Origin: Candidatus Nomurabacteria bacterium
GTDB lineage: Bacteria; Patescibacteriota; Dojkabacteria; SC72; JAHDCA01
Reading direction: 5' to 3'
NCBI GenBank assembly: GCA_020632395.1
Contig: JACKFQ010000001.1
Coordinates: forward strand, 136,762-200,761
DNA length: 64,000 nt
Positions 50,475-60,259 of the stretch are shown piece by piece; the stretch's first letter is position 1, and the number at the start of each line of letters is the position of its first letter. The notes under the pieces were generated by a model. It was not told where the DNA came from and made no database searches. It was given only the letters and a program-made list of their open reading frames with translations. A program made the translations under genes and the position numbers.

Positions 50475-52555
50475 TTCACATAAATCTTCACATCTACGGC
50501 AACACATCTATTTATCGTCACCATGGCAGGATTGATATCGATGGATTTTATCTCCGGATACCTTAGGATCATTCTTTGTAATCCCTCAAGTGTTTTGACG
50601 ATCTTGTCGGTCGGGAGTTTCTCTAAACCTCTGGCACCATGTAACACCCTGGACACCCTTGTTTCATCGATCATCTCCTCAAGCTCTTCGTGACCGGCAT
50701 ATACTAATCTTGTAGATGTGTCATTGTAAACTTCTGTATAGATCCCTCCTTTACCAAAAAGGATGATGTGACCGAAATTCTCATCATAATTGATACCCAG
50801 TATGACCTCTTCTTTTGCAAAAACCTGCTCTTGTATCAAGACATTTGGTTTTTTGTTTCCTGAAACCTGTTTGATCGTTTCTACAAGACTACGATAGTTT
50901 CTCTCAAGATCTTTTTCCTTGAAAATATTGAGATAGATCATACTCTTTTCGGTCTTATGTGGTATATCCTCTGCTGTTGCCTTAATAACTACCGGGTATT
51001 TACCTTTCTTGAAGTATTCAAGCAAACCGTCAAATGAATCTGAAACTACTTCTAATGGCGTGTCGATCCCTGCTTCCTCGATGAGAGATTTGGTGAGATC
51101 TCCGGGAAGGCCTAACTGTCCGTCTTTATGTGCTCTGACTACCCGACCCTTGAATTTACCCTCATTTGATCTGGGCTGTCGGACAGCTTTTTTTGTCCTG
51201 ATACGAGTTGAGAAATCAACAAGGTTCTTTAGAGCGCCAATTGCCTCTTCATCATATTGAAAAGCTGGAATATGATTTTCCCATAATCGTTGTAATCCAG
51301 GTTCAACATACTTTTCTCCAATAAAGATAGGGATCAAAGGAAAATCGCTCTCTTTATAGAAATCGATTATGACTTTTGCTGTTTCTTCGATCTGAGTGAC
51401 TAACTGTGGAGTAAGTATGACTAATATCGAGTCAACTCCAGGATCTTTAGATATGATCTTGATAGCTTTATCATATCTATCCGCTAAAGCATCACCCAGT
51501 AGGTCTACCGGATTGTTTGTACTTGCTGTATTAGGTAGAAATTCCTCCAAAAATTTTTTACTTTCTTCGGATAGAGTCGCGAGTTTCAAACCAGCAGAAG
51601 AGAGTATATCCGTGATAATTATTCCGGGTCCACCAGCATTGGTGATTACAGCAACGCGGTCACCCTGTGGATACGGACACCACGAGAACATCATCAGATT
51701 ACTATACATCTTTTCTATACTATCCACCTGGATGATACCTGCTTGTCTTAATGCCGTTTTGACAGCTCTGGCACTTCCGGCTAATGAACCAGTATGTGAT
51801 TGAACCGCCCTTTTCCCTGCCTCGCTTATTCCGGAATTTAGAACGATCGCTGGTTTGTTGCGATTCTTGGTGGCGAGTTCAGCCAATTTCCTTCCATCAT
51901 CAAATTCCTCAATATATGCACCGATTACTTTGATCTCATCGTCCTTGTACCATTCTTCGAAAAGGTCGATCTCATTGATATTTGCTTTGTTTCCGAGAGA
52001 AACAAAGTAGTTAAAACCCAGCATTTTGTTCTCCGCCAGATCAAGCATGGCAGTATTGAATGCTCCGGATTGTGAAAGGAAACCGATGTTACCTTTGTCA
52101 GGATGCTGAGCTGCAAAGGATGCATTTAAGTCATTTGCTGTACATATTATTCCCAGACAGTTTGGTCCTATCAGTCGCATATCGTTCTTCTCAACTATTT
52201 CAATCAACTGATCCTCCAATTCTGCACCAGATGGACCAACTTCCTTGAAACCAGCTGTGATTATAACTAGATTCTTGACTCCAGCCCTTACACAATCTTT
52301 AACTGAAGCAATAACAAACTCAGTTGGGATAACAATAACGACAAGATCAGGTGGATGAGGTATGCTTTTGATGTCAGAATAGGCTTGGTATCCATAAAGC
52401 TCTGAATATTTGGGATTGACAGGATATACAAGACCTTGGTAGCCATTCTTGAGGATATTATTGAAAATGACTGATCCTAGCTTTTTTGGATCAGATGAAA
52501 CTCCAACAACAGCTACTGATCTAGGATAGAAGATATCTTTAATATTTGTGGGCAT
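50471..52555 (-). CDS. Acetyl-CoA synthetase (ADP-forming), fused alpha-beta (CoA-binding + succinyl-CoA-synthetase-like + ATP-grasp)
   Basis: 694 aa. N-terminal CoA-binding region (SVAVVGVS...GYQGLVYPVNPK), a middle ligase-CoA domain and a C-terminal ATP-grasp. It is convergent with the OFOR beta gene. Confidence 0.8.
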   Translation of the reverse strand: MPTNIKDIFYPRSVAVVGVSSDPKKLGSVIFNNILKNGYQGLVYPVNPKYSELYGYQAYSDIKSIPHPPDLVVIVIPTEFVIASVKDCVRAGVKNLVIITAGFKEVGPSGAELEDQLIEIVEKNDMRLIGPNCLGIICTANDLNASFAAQHPDKGNIGFLSQSGAFNTAMLDLAENKMLGFNYFVSLGNKANINEIDLFEEWYKDDEIKVIGAYIEEFDDGRKLAELATKNRNKPAIVLNSGISEAGKRAVQSHTGSLAGSARAVKTALRQAGIIQVDSIEKMYSNLMMFSWCPYPQGDRVAVITNAGGPGIIITDILSSAGLKLATLSEESKKFLEEFLPNTASTNNPVDLLGDALADRYDKAIKIISKDPGVDSILVILTPQLVTQIEETAKVIIDFYKESDFPLIPIFIGEKYVEPGLQRLWENHIPAFQYDEEAIGALKNLVDFSTRIRTKKAVRQPRSNEGKFKGRVVRAHKDGQLGLPGDLTKSLIEEAGIDTPLEVVSDSFDGLLEYFKKGKYPVVIKATAEDIPHKTEKSMIYLNIFKEKDLERNYRSLVETIKQVSGNKKPNVLIQEQVFAKEEVILGINYDENFGHIILFGKGGIYTEVYNDTSTRLVYAGHEELEEMIDETRVSRVLHGARGLEKLPTDKIVKTLEGLQRMILRYPEIKSIDINPAMVTINRCVAVDVKIYVN

Positions 52556-52651
52556 AGTTCAGAATACAAAAGATGTATCGGATGGTCAATTCAAATAGTG
52601 TCATGGGAGGTGTACAATGGACATTGAAAAATAATATTTCACCAAGTTACT

Positions 52652-53767
52652 ATGTTTCATTTGTTTATTTCACCTATATATCAAAACTTTCTTAAACCAT
52701 TTCTATTTAAGAAAGATCCTGAGGAGGTTCATGATAATTTCATAAGGATCGGTGCATTTCTGTCATCACATAGGATCACGAGAGCGTTTACAGCATTGTT
52801 ATTCAACTATCATCATCATATTTTAGAGAGTAATGTGGATGGCCTAAAATATCTGAACCCAATAGGACTATCCGCAGGGTTCGATAAAGATGCTAATTTG
52901 CATAACATCATGCCAAAAGTAGGGTTTGGTTTCGAAGAGGTTGGATCGGTAACACTACGACCATATGAAGGAAATCCAAAACCACGTCTGTATAGATTAT
53001 TCAATAGTAAGGGATTAGTTGTTTATTATGGTTTGAAGAATATTGGAGTCGACAAGATCGTAGAGAGAGTGAAAGTGAGATTAGATCCAAACTTCATCTT
53101 AGGGATCTCGGTAGCCAAGACAAATTCGAAGGATTGCAGCACAGACGTTGGCGGTATAGATGATTATGTCGGCTCTTTGAAGATCCTTGAGAAGGCAAAT
53201 GTCGGAGACTACTACACAATTAACATATCATGTCCAAATACCTACGGTGGAGAGCCATTTACAACACCAGAACGACTCGATCCGCTCCTAGCTACTATCG
53301 ATGAGCTCGATATACAAAAACCTGTATATATAAAAATGCCTATAAACCACAAATGGGAGGAGTTTGATAAGTTGCTTCAAGTAGTAGTTAAACATCGTAT
53401 CAATGGCGTGGTTATTGGTAATCTGAATAAAGACAGGAGTTCTGAGCTGATAAAAGACGAGATACCTGAACATATAAAGGGAGGGATCAGTGGAGTACCT
53501 ACGCGTCAGCTTTCAACAGAACTTATACGTAAAACATATATGAATTATGGGAATGATCTTACAATAATCGGAGTAGGGGGAATATTCACAGCAGAAGATG
53601 CCTATGAAAAGATACTCGCAGGAGCTTCTTTGTTACAGATGATCACCGGTATGATCTTTGGAGGTCCGCAGACTATCGGAGAGATCAATCGTGGTCTAGT
53701 ATCCTTCCTCAAGCGCGACGGGTATGCTACCCTATCAGAAGCAATAGGTAAGGGAGCTATCAAATGA
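52652..53767 (+). CDS. pyrD: Dihydroorotate dehydrogenase (class 2-like, with an N-terminal extension)
   Basis: GFDKDAN, NISCPNT and IIGVGGI motifs. 371 aa. Confidence 0.8.
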   Translation: MFHLFISPIYQNFLKPFLFKKDPEEVHDNFIRIGAFLSSHRITRAFTALLFNYHHHILESNVDGLKYLNPIGLSAGFDKDANLHNIMPKVGFGFEEVGSVTLRPYEGNPKPRLYRLFNSKGLVVYYGLKNIGVDKIVERVKVRLDPNFILGISVAKTNSKDCSTDVGGIDDYVGSLKILEKANVGDYYTINISCPNTYGGEPFTTPERLDPLLATIDELDIQKPVYIKMPINHKWEEFDKLLQVVVKHRINGVVIGNLNKDRSSELIKDEIPEHIKGGISGVPTRQLSTELIRKTYMNYGNDLTIIGVGGIFTAEDAYEKILAGASLLQMITGMIFGGPQTIGEINRGLVSFLKRDGYATLSEAIGKGAIK

Positions 53768-54597
53768 TCAAAAAGATACAAAAGATAGATGGCGTTGTTG
53801 AGGACTTCAACATCTCAAAACTTAAAAGATCTATAAGAAAGGCTGGTGCACCAGAAGAACTTGTTGACGGGATTGCTCGTGAGATTTCCAAAGATAAGAA
53901 GATCCACTCCACAAAAGATATTCATTCGAAGGTCTATCAGGCACTTGTCAAAAGTAAACCCTCAGCAGCAGCACGTTACAGCCTCAAAAAGGCGCTACAC
54001 AGTCTAGGTCCTACAGGTTACCCATTTGAGAAATACATAGCCTCTATCTATCACTACATGGGATATCAAACGAAAGTAAATATCACGCTTCAAGGCTCAT
54101 GTGTTACTCACGAGATGGATGTTATTGCACGCACTGCGTCAGATCTCTTATATGTAGAATGTAAATATCATCAAAGTCAATCAGCAAAAAGTAACGTAAA
54201 AATCCCTTTATATGTACAGGCAAGGGCTGAAGATCTCATAGAATATCAGAAGAATGTCGAGCCAGATGGCACCAAGTTCCATTTCTTCATTGCTACAAAT
54301 ACAAAATTTACTACCGATGCTGTTCAATACAGTCGATGTAAGGGTCTAAAACTGTTAAGTTGGGAGCAACCTGAGGAGGATCCACTTCCTCAAGTTATTG
54401 ATAGATATGGTCTACATCCAGTTTCTAGTCTCACCTGCCTTACTAGAGCTCAATCAGTTCGGCTGATCGAGAATGGAGTGGTGATGGTGAGAAATGTTCC
54501 AGAAATGTATCGCGAGATGTCCAAAGCGGGTCTACATCCTGACGTTATAAGGAATGCGATCAAGGAATCTGAAGATATCCTAGATATGATGTCTTAG
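53764..54597 (+). CDS. ATP-cone domain fused to an Mrr-like (PD-(D/E)xK) restriction-endonuclease domain
   Basis: N-terminal MIKKIQKIDGVVEDFNISKLKRSIRKAG...AAARY is an ATP-cone. The C-terminal FEKYIASIYHYMGYQ...HEMDVIA...LYVECKYHQ is an Mrr_cat-like D...ExK. ATGA overlap with pyrD. Confidence 0.6.
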   Translation: MIKKIQKIDGVVEDFNISKLKRSIRKAGAPEELVDGIAREISKDKKIHSTKDIHSKVYQALVKSKPSAAARYSLKKALHSLGPTGYPFEKYIASIYHYMGYQTKVNITLQGSCVTHEMDVIARTASDLLYVECKYHQSQSAKSNVKIPLYVQARAEDLIEYQKNVEPDGTKFHFFIATNTKFTTDAVQYSRCKGLKLLSWEQPEEDPLPQVIDRYGLHPVSSLTCLTRAQSVRLIENGVVMVRNVPEMYREMSKAGLHPDVIRNAIKESEDILDMMS

Positions 54598-54624
54598 CTT
54601 AATAATTACTTCTTCTCTACACAC

Positions 54625-57600
54625 ATGTTCTCAAAAAGAAGCAAGAATAAGTTCAAGGATATTAGATCTGATCATTCTAATTCAGCTAGTCGATCACCAA
54701 TCGCATCATTGGATCTCTCAGGTGGCAGTCTTGGACGCAGAAAGATCATGCGAAGTCTACCAAAAGCAATTTTTGGTTTAGTTCTTCTCTTAGGCGGTGT
54801 GATCATCATCAATGTATTATTGAATTACGACTTTGTGGGTTTAGGTGATTCAAAGGCATCAGGAGGAGCAGTTTCCGGAGATCTGGTTAAATGGCATACC
54901 GTCACTATTGATTTTCAAGGGCCTAATCTGTCTGAAGTCCAGAGTGATCCAAACCCATTCCTTGATTTTCGACTAAATGTACAATTCAAAGCCCCTTCAG
55001 GTAAAACTTACAATATACCTGGATTTTTTGCAGGTGATGGAAATGGAGGAGGAAGCGGAAAGGTCTGGAGGGCCAGATTTACTCCGGGCGAATCAGGGAA
55101 TTGGGAGTATACAGCATCATTTCGATCGGGTCCTCAAGTAGCAATTGATCTCTCTCCTACTGCAGGAGTATCTGACAGTTTTGATGGACAGACAGGTTCC
55201 TTTAATATCGCTCCCCTTGATACAAATGCCAAAGGATTCAGATCGATGGGCAGATTGGAATATGTCGGTTTATATTATTTGAAATTTGCAGATGGTCCAT
55301 ATTGGCTAAAAGGAGGTATTGATAGTCCAGAGAATTTCCTTGGGTATAAGGGATTTGACAATACAGTCGATCAAGGAGGTATCATTCCTAATTTCGTCCA
55401 TGAGTACTCCACCCATGTAGCTGATTTTCAACAAGGAGACCCTTTATTTACGAGTGCAGATACAGGATATGATTCAAAAGGTATCATTGGAGCCCTGAAC
55501 TATCTATCTTCGAAACATGTGAACTCTATATATTTCCTGCCTATGAACCTAGGAGGAGATGGACAAGAAACTTACCCCTTTGTTTCGCCCAATGATAAGA
55601 CTCATTACGATATTAGTAAACTAGATCAGTGGTACACAGTATTCGAACATGCTACAAGCAAGGAGATAGCACTACATTTTGTGTTAAATGAGCAAGAGGA
55701 GGGTAATAGGAATTGGTTAGACGGAGGAACTTTAGGGATTGAAAGAAAGCTGTACTATCGAGAGCTGATCGCTCGATTTGGACATAACTTAGCACTCAAG
55801 TGGAATATTTCCGAAGAAAATCGATTTGACACTAATACAACGATACAATTCGCTCAATATATAAATGATCTAGACGAGTATGATCATCCCATAGCTGCAC
55901 ATACTCACCCAAACGATTTTACGCAATACGAACAGCTAAAGGGGAACCCTAACTTCACTGCAACATCTATACAATACGATGTGAACCAAGCATCAAGTCA
56001 TGTTGAGTCATGGCGACAGAAATCCCTCGAATCAGGTCAAGTTTGGGTCATTGATATGGATGAAAATAATCCCGCAGGTGTTGGACTAACAAATCAGAAT
56101 GCATCTGAGCTGAGGAAGAGAGCTTTGTATGACATATATTTTTCAGGAGGAAATCTTGAGTGGTATTTTGGATATCATGACCTTCCTTTAGGCGGTGACA
56201 TGCGTACTGAAGATTTTCGTACTAGAGAAGAAATGTATAATTATATGTGGTATGCACGCAAGTTTATGCAGGATAATCTCCCTTTTTGGGAGATGGGACC
56301 TATCGATGGATTGGTTGATGGTGAGAATAATAGTGTCGGTAGTGCTCAAGTTCTAGCAAAACCAGGTTCGATCTATGCTGTGTATTTTCCTAGTAGTAAC
56401 GATGCAGATGATAGAACAAATGGTTTTCTTGATCTCTCTAATGCATCAGGCAACTTTACGTTGAAATGGTATAACCCTCGTACCGGAAACTTCGAAGGTA
56501 CTGAGTCAAGTATGACAGGAGGTTCTAAACAAACTATCCCCCCAGCCCCTTCAGATTTTGGTAATGACTGGGTTCTTTTGGTCACAGATGGTAGTTATAC
56601 ACCTGGACAGGGTATTGATCCTGTACCGACACCAGAACCAGGAGGTGATCCTGCATATATTGCAAATAACGGTCTTATTGTGATCGAGGTAGAGAAGTTG
56701 AACTATACTGACGGTTGGAATGAAGAAACTCTCATACCTGGATATACTGGTCAGGGTTATTTGCATTGGGTTGGTGGGGATTTCTTCAGTACACCCGGTA
56801 ATGGGATAATAGAGATCCCTATATGGATAGAAGAAGCTGGCACATATAATCTCAGACTAAGGAATTTTCATGATCACCCGGATGCTTCTGAGGAAAATGA
56901 TGTGTGGATAAAGATAGATGAAGGTAGATGGGTGAAAACATTTTCATCTGCAAAAGATGAGTGGACCTGGAATACTAGTTATGAATTCAGTGAGGATAAT
57001 AAAGTTCCTGCTTCCGATCAGTTGAGTGCAGGTAGACATGTAGTGTATTTCTCCGGTAGGGCAAATGGATTTAGGATAGATCGAATGCATATGTATCTTG
57101 ATTCAGTTCCTGATGCACTAAATCTCTCACTACCCGAATCCACGTTTGCAACTCCTGGTGGAGGAACAGGTCCTGCTGAGTGTAATATCACTGCACAACT
57201 TGAATGTAATTATGAATTAGATGATCCACCAGCTTTAAATGTCGCATGGAAGATCACCAATGATAATATTGAGTTCGGATCTGAACAAAACTCAGGTAAG
57301 ATCGTTGTAAGAATCAATAACATTGAGGATGGTTGGTTTACAGAGGGAAGTGATTATTGGTGGGCATCAAACTATCAAGAGTTTGCAAATACAGGAAAAG
57401 ACTTTAGAGACGCTGATTGGAACTATAATATACTCCCAGACACGATATATAGGGCATGGGTTTCAGTATATGCTAAAGACGACCCTGATAACATTGTTTG
57501 TGTGACAGATGAACTCCCTATAGCCTGTGAATCCCGGGACGATCCTGTTGACCCACCGGTAGATGATCCTCCTGATGATCCTATCGAACCACCGGATGTT

Positions 57601-57903
57601 CCAATCGACCCTCCAGTTGTCGTAGATGACCCTACAGGGAGTCCTGCTGATGATCCTACTGGTGACCCGAGTGTGACAGATTACCCATATCAAGATACAA
57701 CAAATAATAATACTTACTATGTAGATCCTACAACATACCAATATTATCAAACCTCAAATCTGCCAACTACTGCATTATCATCAGCGCAGAAACGGTTTGT
57801 GATCGGTTCAATAATGTTGATCTTGGGTAGTACGCTTTTCTTCTTCCCAAAGATCCGAAGTGTCATCTTCAAAAAGAACACAACCATGCGAGAAAGTGTC
57901 TAA
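54625..57903 (+). CDS. Large cell-surface protein: signal anchor, DUF5060-like Ig domain, DUF4038 (GH140-like) TIM barrel, malectin/CBM-like domain, Pro/Asp-rich stalk, C-terminal TM anchor
   Basis: 1092 aa. VTIDFQGPNLSEVQSDPNPFLDFRLNVQF...GFFAGDGNGG...WRARFTPGESGNWEY matches DUF5060. A Pro/Asp-rich linker sits near 57540-57660, and the C-terminus reads FVIGSIMLILGSTLFFF. Confidence 0.5.
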   Translation: MFSKRSKNKFKDIRSDHSNSASRSPIASLDLSGGSLGRRKIMRSLPKAIFGLVLLLGGVIIINVLLNYDFVGLGDSKASGGAVSGDLVKWHTVTIDFQGPNLSEVQSDPNPFLDFRLNVQFKAPSGKTYNIPGFFAGDGNGGGSGKVWRARFTPGESGNWEYTASFRSGPQVAIDLSPTAGVSDSFDGQTGSFNIAPLDTNAKGFRSMGRLEYVGLYYLKFADGPYWLKGGIDSPENFLGYKGFDNTVDQGGIIPNFVHEYSTHVADFQQGDPLFTSADTGYDSKGIIGALNYLSSKHVNSIYFLPMNLGGDGQETYPFVSPNDKTHYDISKLDQWYTVFEHATSKEIALHFVLNEQEEGNRNWLDGGTLGIERKLYYRELIARFGHNLALKWNISEENRFDTNTTIQFAQYINDLDEYDHPIAAHTHPNDFTQYEQLKGNPNFTATSIQYDVNQASSHVESWRQKSLESGQVWVIDMDENNPAGVGLTNQNASELRKRALYDIYFSGGNLEWYFGYHDLPLGGDMRTEDFRTREEMYNYMWYARKFMQDNLPFWEMGPIDGLVDGENNSVGSAQVLAKPGSIYAVYFPSSNDADDRTNGFLDLSNASGNFTLKWYNPRTGNFEGTESSMTGGSKQTIPPAPSDFGNDWVLLVTDGSYTPGQGIDPVPTPEPGGDPAYIANNGLIVIEVEKLNYTDGWNEETLIPGYTGQGYLHWVGGDFFSTPGNGIIEIPIWIEEAGTYNLRLRNFHDHPDASEENDVWIKIDEGRWVKTFSSAKDEWTWNTSYEFSEDNKVPASDQLSAGRHVVYFSGRANGFRIDRMHMYLDSVPDALNLSLPESTFATPGGGTGPAECNITAQLECNYELDDPPALNVAWKITNDNIEFGSEQNSGKIVVRINNIEDGWFTEGSDYWWASNYQEFANTGKDFRDADWNYNILPDTIYRAWVSVYAKDDPDNIVCVTDELPIACESRDDPVDPPVDDPPDDPIEPPDVPIDPPVVVDDPTGSPADDPTGDPSVTDYPYQDTTNNNTYYVDPTTYQYYQTSNLPTTALSSAQKRFVIGSIMLILGSTLFFFPKIRSVIFKKNTTMRESV

Positions 57904-57915
57904 GCAACTTAAAGA

Positions 57916-58716
57916 TCAGTTGATGTGATATTTGACGTTCCCTAGCGTTTTTAGTGGAACCCACCAATGTTTTCTTGTCAACCTAAAGTTGTCAAAGAAG
58001 ATTGAGTACTTTCTATCGACAGGTAGCTTTTCGTTCCAATCCAGATGATCTGTGTAATTGTTATCAATTACTTCGACCTTTGAAGTTATGTCGTGATCGA
58101 AAGGTATTGAACCCGAAATAAACTTTGATCTTCTTATAAGCGCTTGTGTATTTGGAAATATCGAGATCTGTCCACGAGGATATCCTGACATATTCCACAA
58201 GTTACTCTTATTACCAACAAATTGTGAGTCAGATACTTCTATTTTGGAATCAGGAACTAAATTATCAATAGCAGAACCTGTATGTCCTGCAGTATTATTT
58301 TCAAAATAGCATTTATCGAATATAACTACTTCTGTGGATTGATTTGAAACTGCTCCGCCACAGAAGACAGATGTATTGTTCGTAAAACGACAATTCTCAA
58401 ATATAACTGAGGATCTACCAGAAATAACAACTGCACCTCCATCAACTATTTCATATACGGTACCTTTCTTATAATGATAAGAAATATCTGTTCGTCTAAG
58501 AAATCTCAAAGACCCAGTATTACCACCAATGAAATGTAAATTTCTTATATGAAAATTCTCGCAGTTATGGATTGAAAGTAAATGAGTTACTTTATTATGA
58601 CCGTTGATGACAAAATTCTGACCATCAAATATTTGGTTATCACGATCTGATATAGAAAATGCATTGTATGAATAAGTATTTGCATGCCAATCAGAGGACA
58701 ATTTCATAGTAGTCAC
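57916..58716 (-). CDS. Right-handed parallel beta-helix repeat protein (pectate-lyase fold)
   Basis: 266 aa with repeating GG(N/A)... and NN(T/S) beta-helix rungs (FIGGNTGS, CGGAVSNQ, NNTAGHTGSAIDN). Confidence 0.45.
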   Translation of the reverse strand: MTTMKLSSDWHANTYSYNAFSISDRDNQIFDGQNFVINGHNKVTHLLSIHNCENFHIRNLHFIGGNTGSLRFLRRTDISYHYKKGTVYEIVDGGAVVISGRSSVIFENCRFTNNTSVFCGGAVSNQSTEVVIFDKCYFENNTAGHTGSAIDNLVPDSKIEVSDSQFVGNKSNLWNMSGYPRGQISIFPNTQALIRRSKFISGSIPFDHDITSKVEVIDNNYTDHLDWNEKLPVDRKYSIFFDNFRLTRKHWWVPLKTLGNVKYHIN

Positions 58717-59387
58717 TTATCAGTCAAATAAAGTAGTGACTTGATCGGAATAGGTATAAAACCGATTGTGATCTTGAATTCTTTAACGATAACCTTGTAG
58801 GCTTCAATATTTATACAGTTCATTAATGCTTGATGATCCAATGTACGTTTTTGTATATCATCTTTATATATTCGACCAAATGAATTATGAGTTAATTGTT
58901 TTACTGCATATAAAGATTCTGCTGATAGGCTATTGAATTTGATACCTAAAAGCTCTGTTTCGATCAACTCTTTTTCGGGAATTGATGCATAAAACTTCGG
59001 GAAGAGCTCTATCCTTAAACGACCTTTATCATATATGAATGGAGTAAATAAAATTTCTAGATCACATGAATCTTGCTTGAAGAAACGAGTATATCTGTTT
59101 GACGAATACCTAATTAAGATATTGGAGAAAGGCATGCTTCTACCTATAAATGTTGATCTGCTATAACCTCTTTCGATCAACTGATCCTCAATCTCGGATC
59201 TATATGCCATATCTGCAATGGTATCGATATCCTTGATCTTTCTATAGTAATTCACATTCTGGGTGTGAGATGTCAATCCAACCGATCCGAGTATGAGTAT
59301 ATTGGGTAAATTGGTTGTGATATTTGAAAAATCCTTAAGCGTTTGTAGCACTAATTCGTTCTGATCTTTGAAATCTTCTATATCCAT
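58713..59387 (-). CDS. Hypothetical protein, possibly nucleotidyltransferase-fold (GS...DID)
   Basis: 224 aa. ILILGSVGL...KDIDTIAD is weakly NTase-like. It overlaps the beta-helix gene by 4 nt and starts ~45 bp from the IS end. Confidence 0.3.
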   Translation of the reverse strand: MDIEDFKDQNELVLQTLKDFSNITTNLPNILILGSVGLTSHTQNVNYYRKIKDIDTIADMAYRSEIEDQLIERGYSRSTFIGRSMPFSNILIRYSSNRYTRFFKQDSCDLEILFTPFIYDKGRLRIELFPKFYASIPEKELIETELLGIKFNSLSAESLYAVKQLTHNSFGRIYKDDIQKRTLDHQALMNCINIEAYKVIVKEFKITIGFIPIPIKSLLYLTDK

Positions 59388-60259
59388 TGATATTTATTAT
59401 ACATCTGCTCCTTCTGTATACACAAATCGGGGTAACAAGACCCCCATTTTTTAGACAGTCCTAAATTTAGTTTTTGGAACTGTTTCCTAAACCCATAAGG
59501 GGAGGTTTTCAGAGAGGAATGTATCCGCTCCCTGTTGTAGTAGTTGATCGTGTGATCTATACCCTCGACAAAGGCTCCACTAGTAGGATACCTTTCAAAC
59601 TCTAACCCCAGATCAGTCTTGAAGTTTCCATAGAAACTTTCCTGATACCCATTCTCCCAAGGTGATGCCTTCTTAGCCATTGACACCTTGATCCCGAGTC
59701 CCTCAACTCGACCCAAATACTCCTGACTACAGTACTCTGCTCCCTGATCCGAATGTACAATATGTGGTACCTGAAACCCTGTGTTAAGAAATGTATCCAG
59801 AAAAGCCCCGATCACCAGATCTTTGGTATGCCTGTTTGATACATTCCAGCCTACAATCTCCCTCGTATACCGATCCATGAAGGTGGCCAGGTAGTAGAAC
59901 TTACTGTTGTATCTCACGTAGGTAAAATCTGATACGTAAGTATGACCCGGCATTACAGGACACCTGTCCTTGGTAAGGTTGGGGTATGGCATCTCTTTAC
60001 GTCTCTCGTCTCTGCGTTTTCTCCATCTGGCTTTACGCTTGTAGGCTTTGAGACCGTACTTCTTCATCACCCGCTGTGCTTTCTTCTTGTTGATCCCAAG
60101 TGCCAGGGCTACCCGTCTGTATCCGTACGCTGGATTGGAGGACATGACATCCACAATCTGCTCTCTCAGGGCTCCATCCTGAACTTCCTTCTTTCTCTTG
60201 TAGTACAGAGATGATCTGGACACACCCAGATCTCTTGCTAACTGGGTCTTACTCTCCAT
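59378..60259 (-). CDS. IS3-family transposase OrfB (DDE/rve integrase core). The ORF reads through the terminal IR into flanking DNA
   Basis: 293 aa with DDE residues (HSDQGAEY...ENGYQESF) and an rve-type core. Confidence 0.75.
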   Translation of the reverse strand: MESKTQLARDLGVSRSSLYYKRKKEVQDGALREQIVDVMSSNPAYGYRRVALALGINKKKAQRVMKKYGLKAYKRKARWRKRRDERRKEMPYPNLTKDRCPVMPGHTYVSDFTYVRYNSKFYYLATFMDRYTREIVGWNVSNRHTKDLVIGAFLDTFLNTGFQVPHIVHSDQGAEYCSQEYLGRVEGLGIKVSMAKKASPWENGYQESFYGNFKTDLGLEFERYPTSGAFVEGIDHTINYYNRERIHSSLKTSPYGFRKQFQKLNLGLSKKWGSCYPDLCIQKEQMYNKYQWI

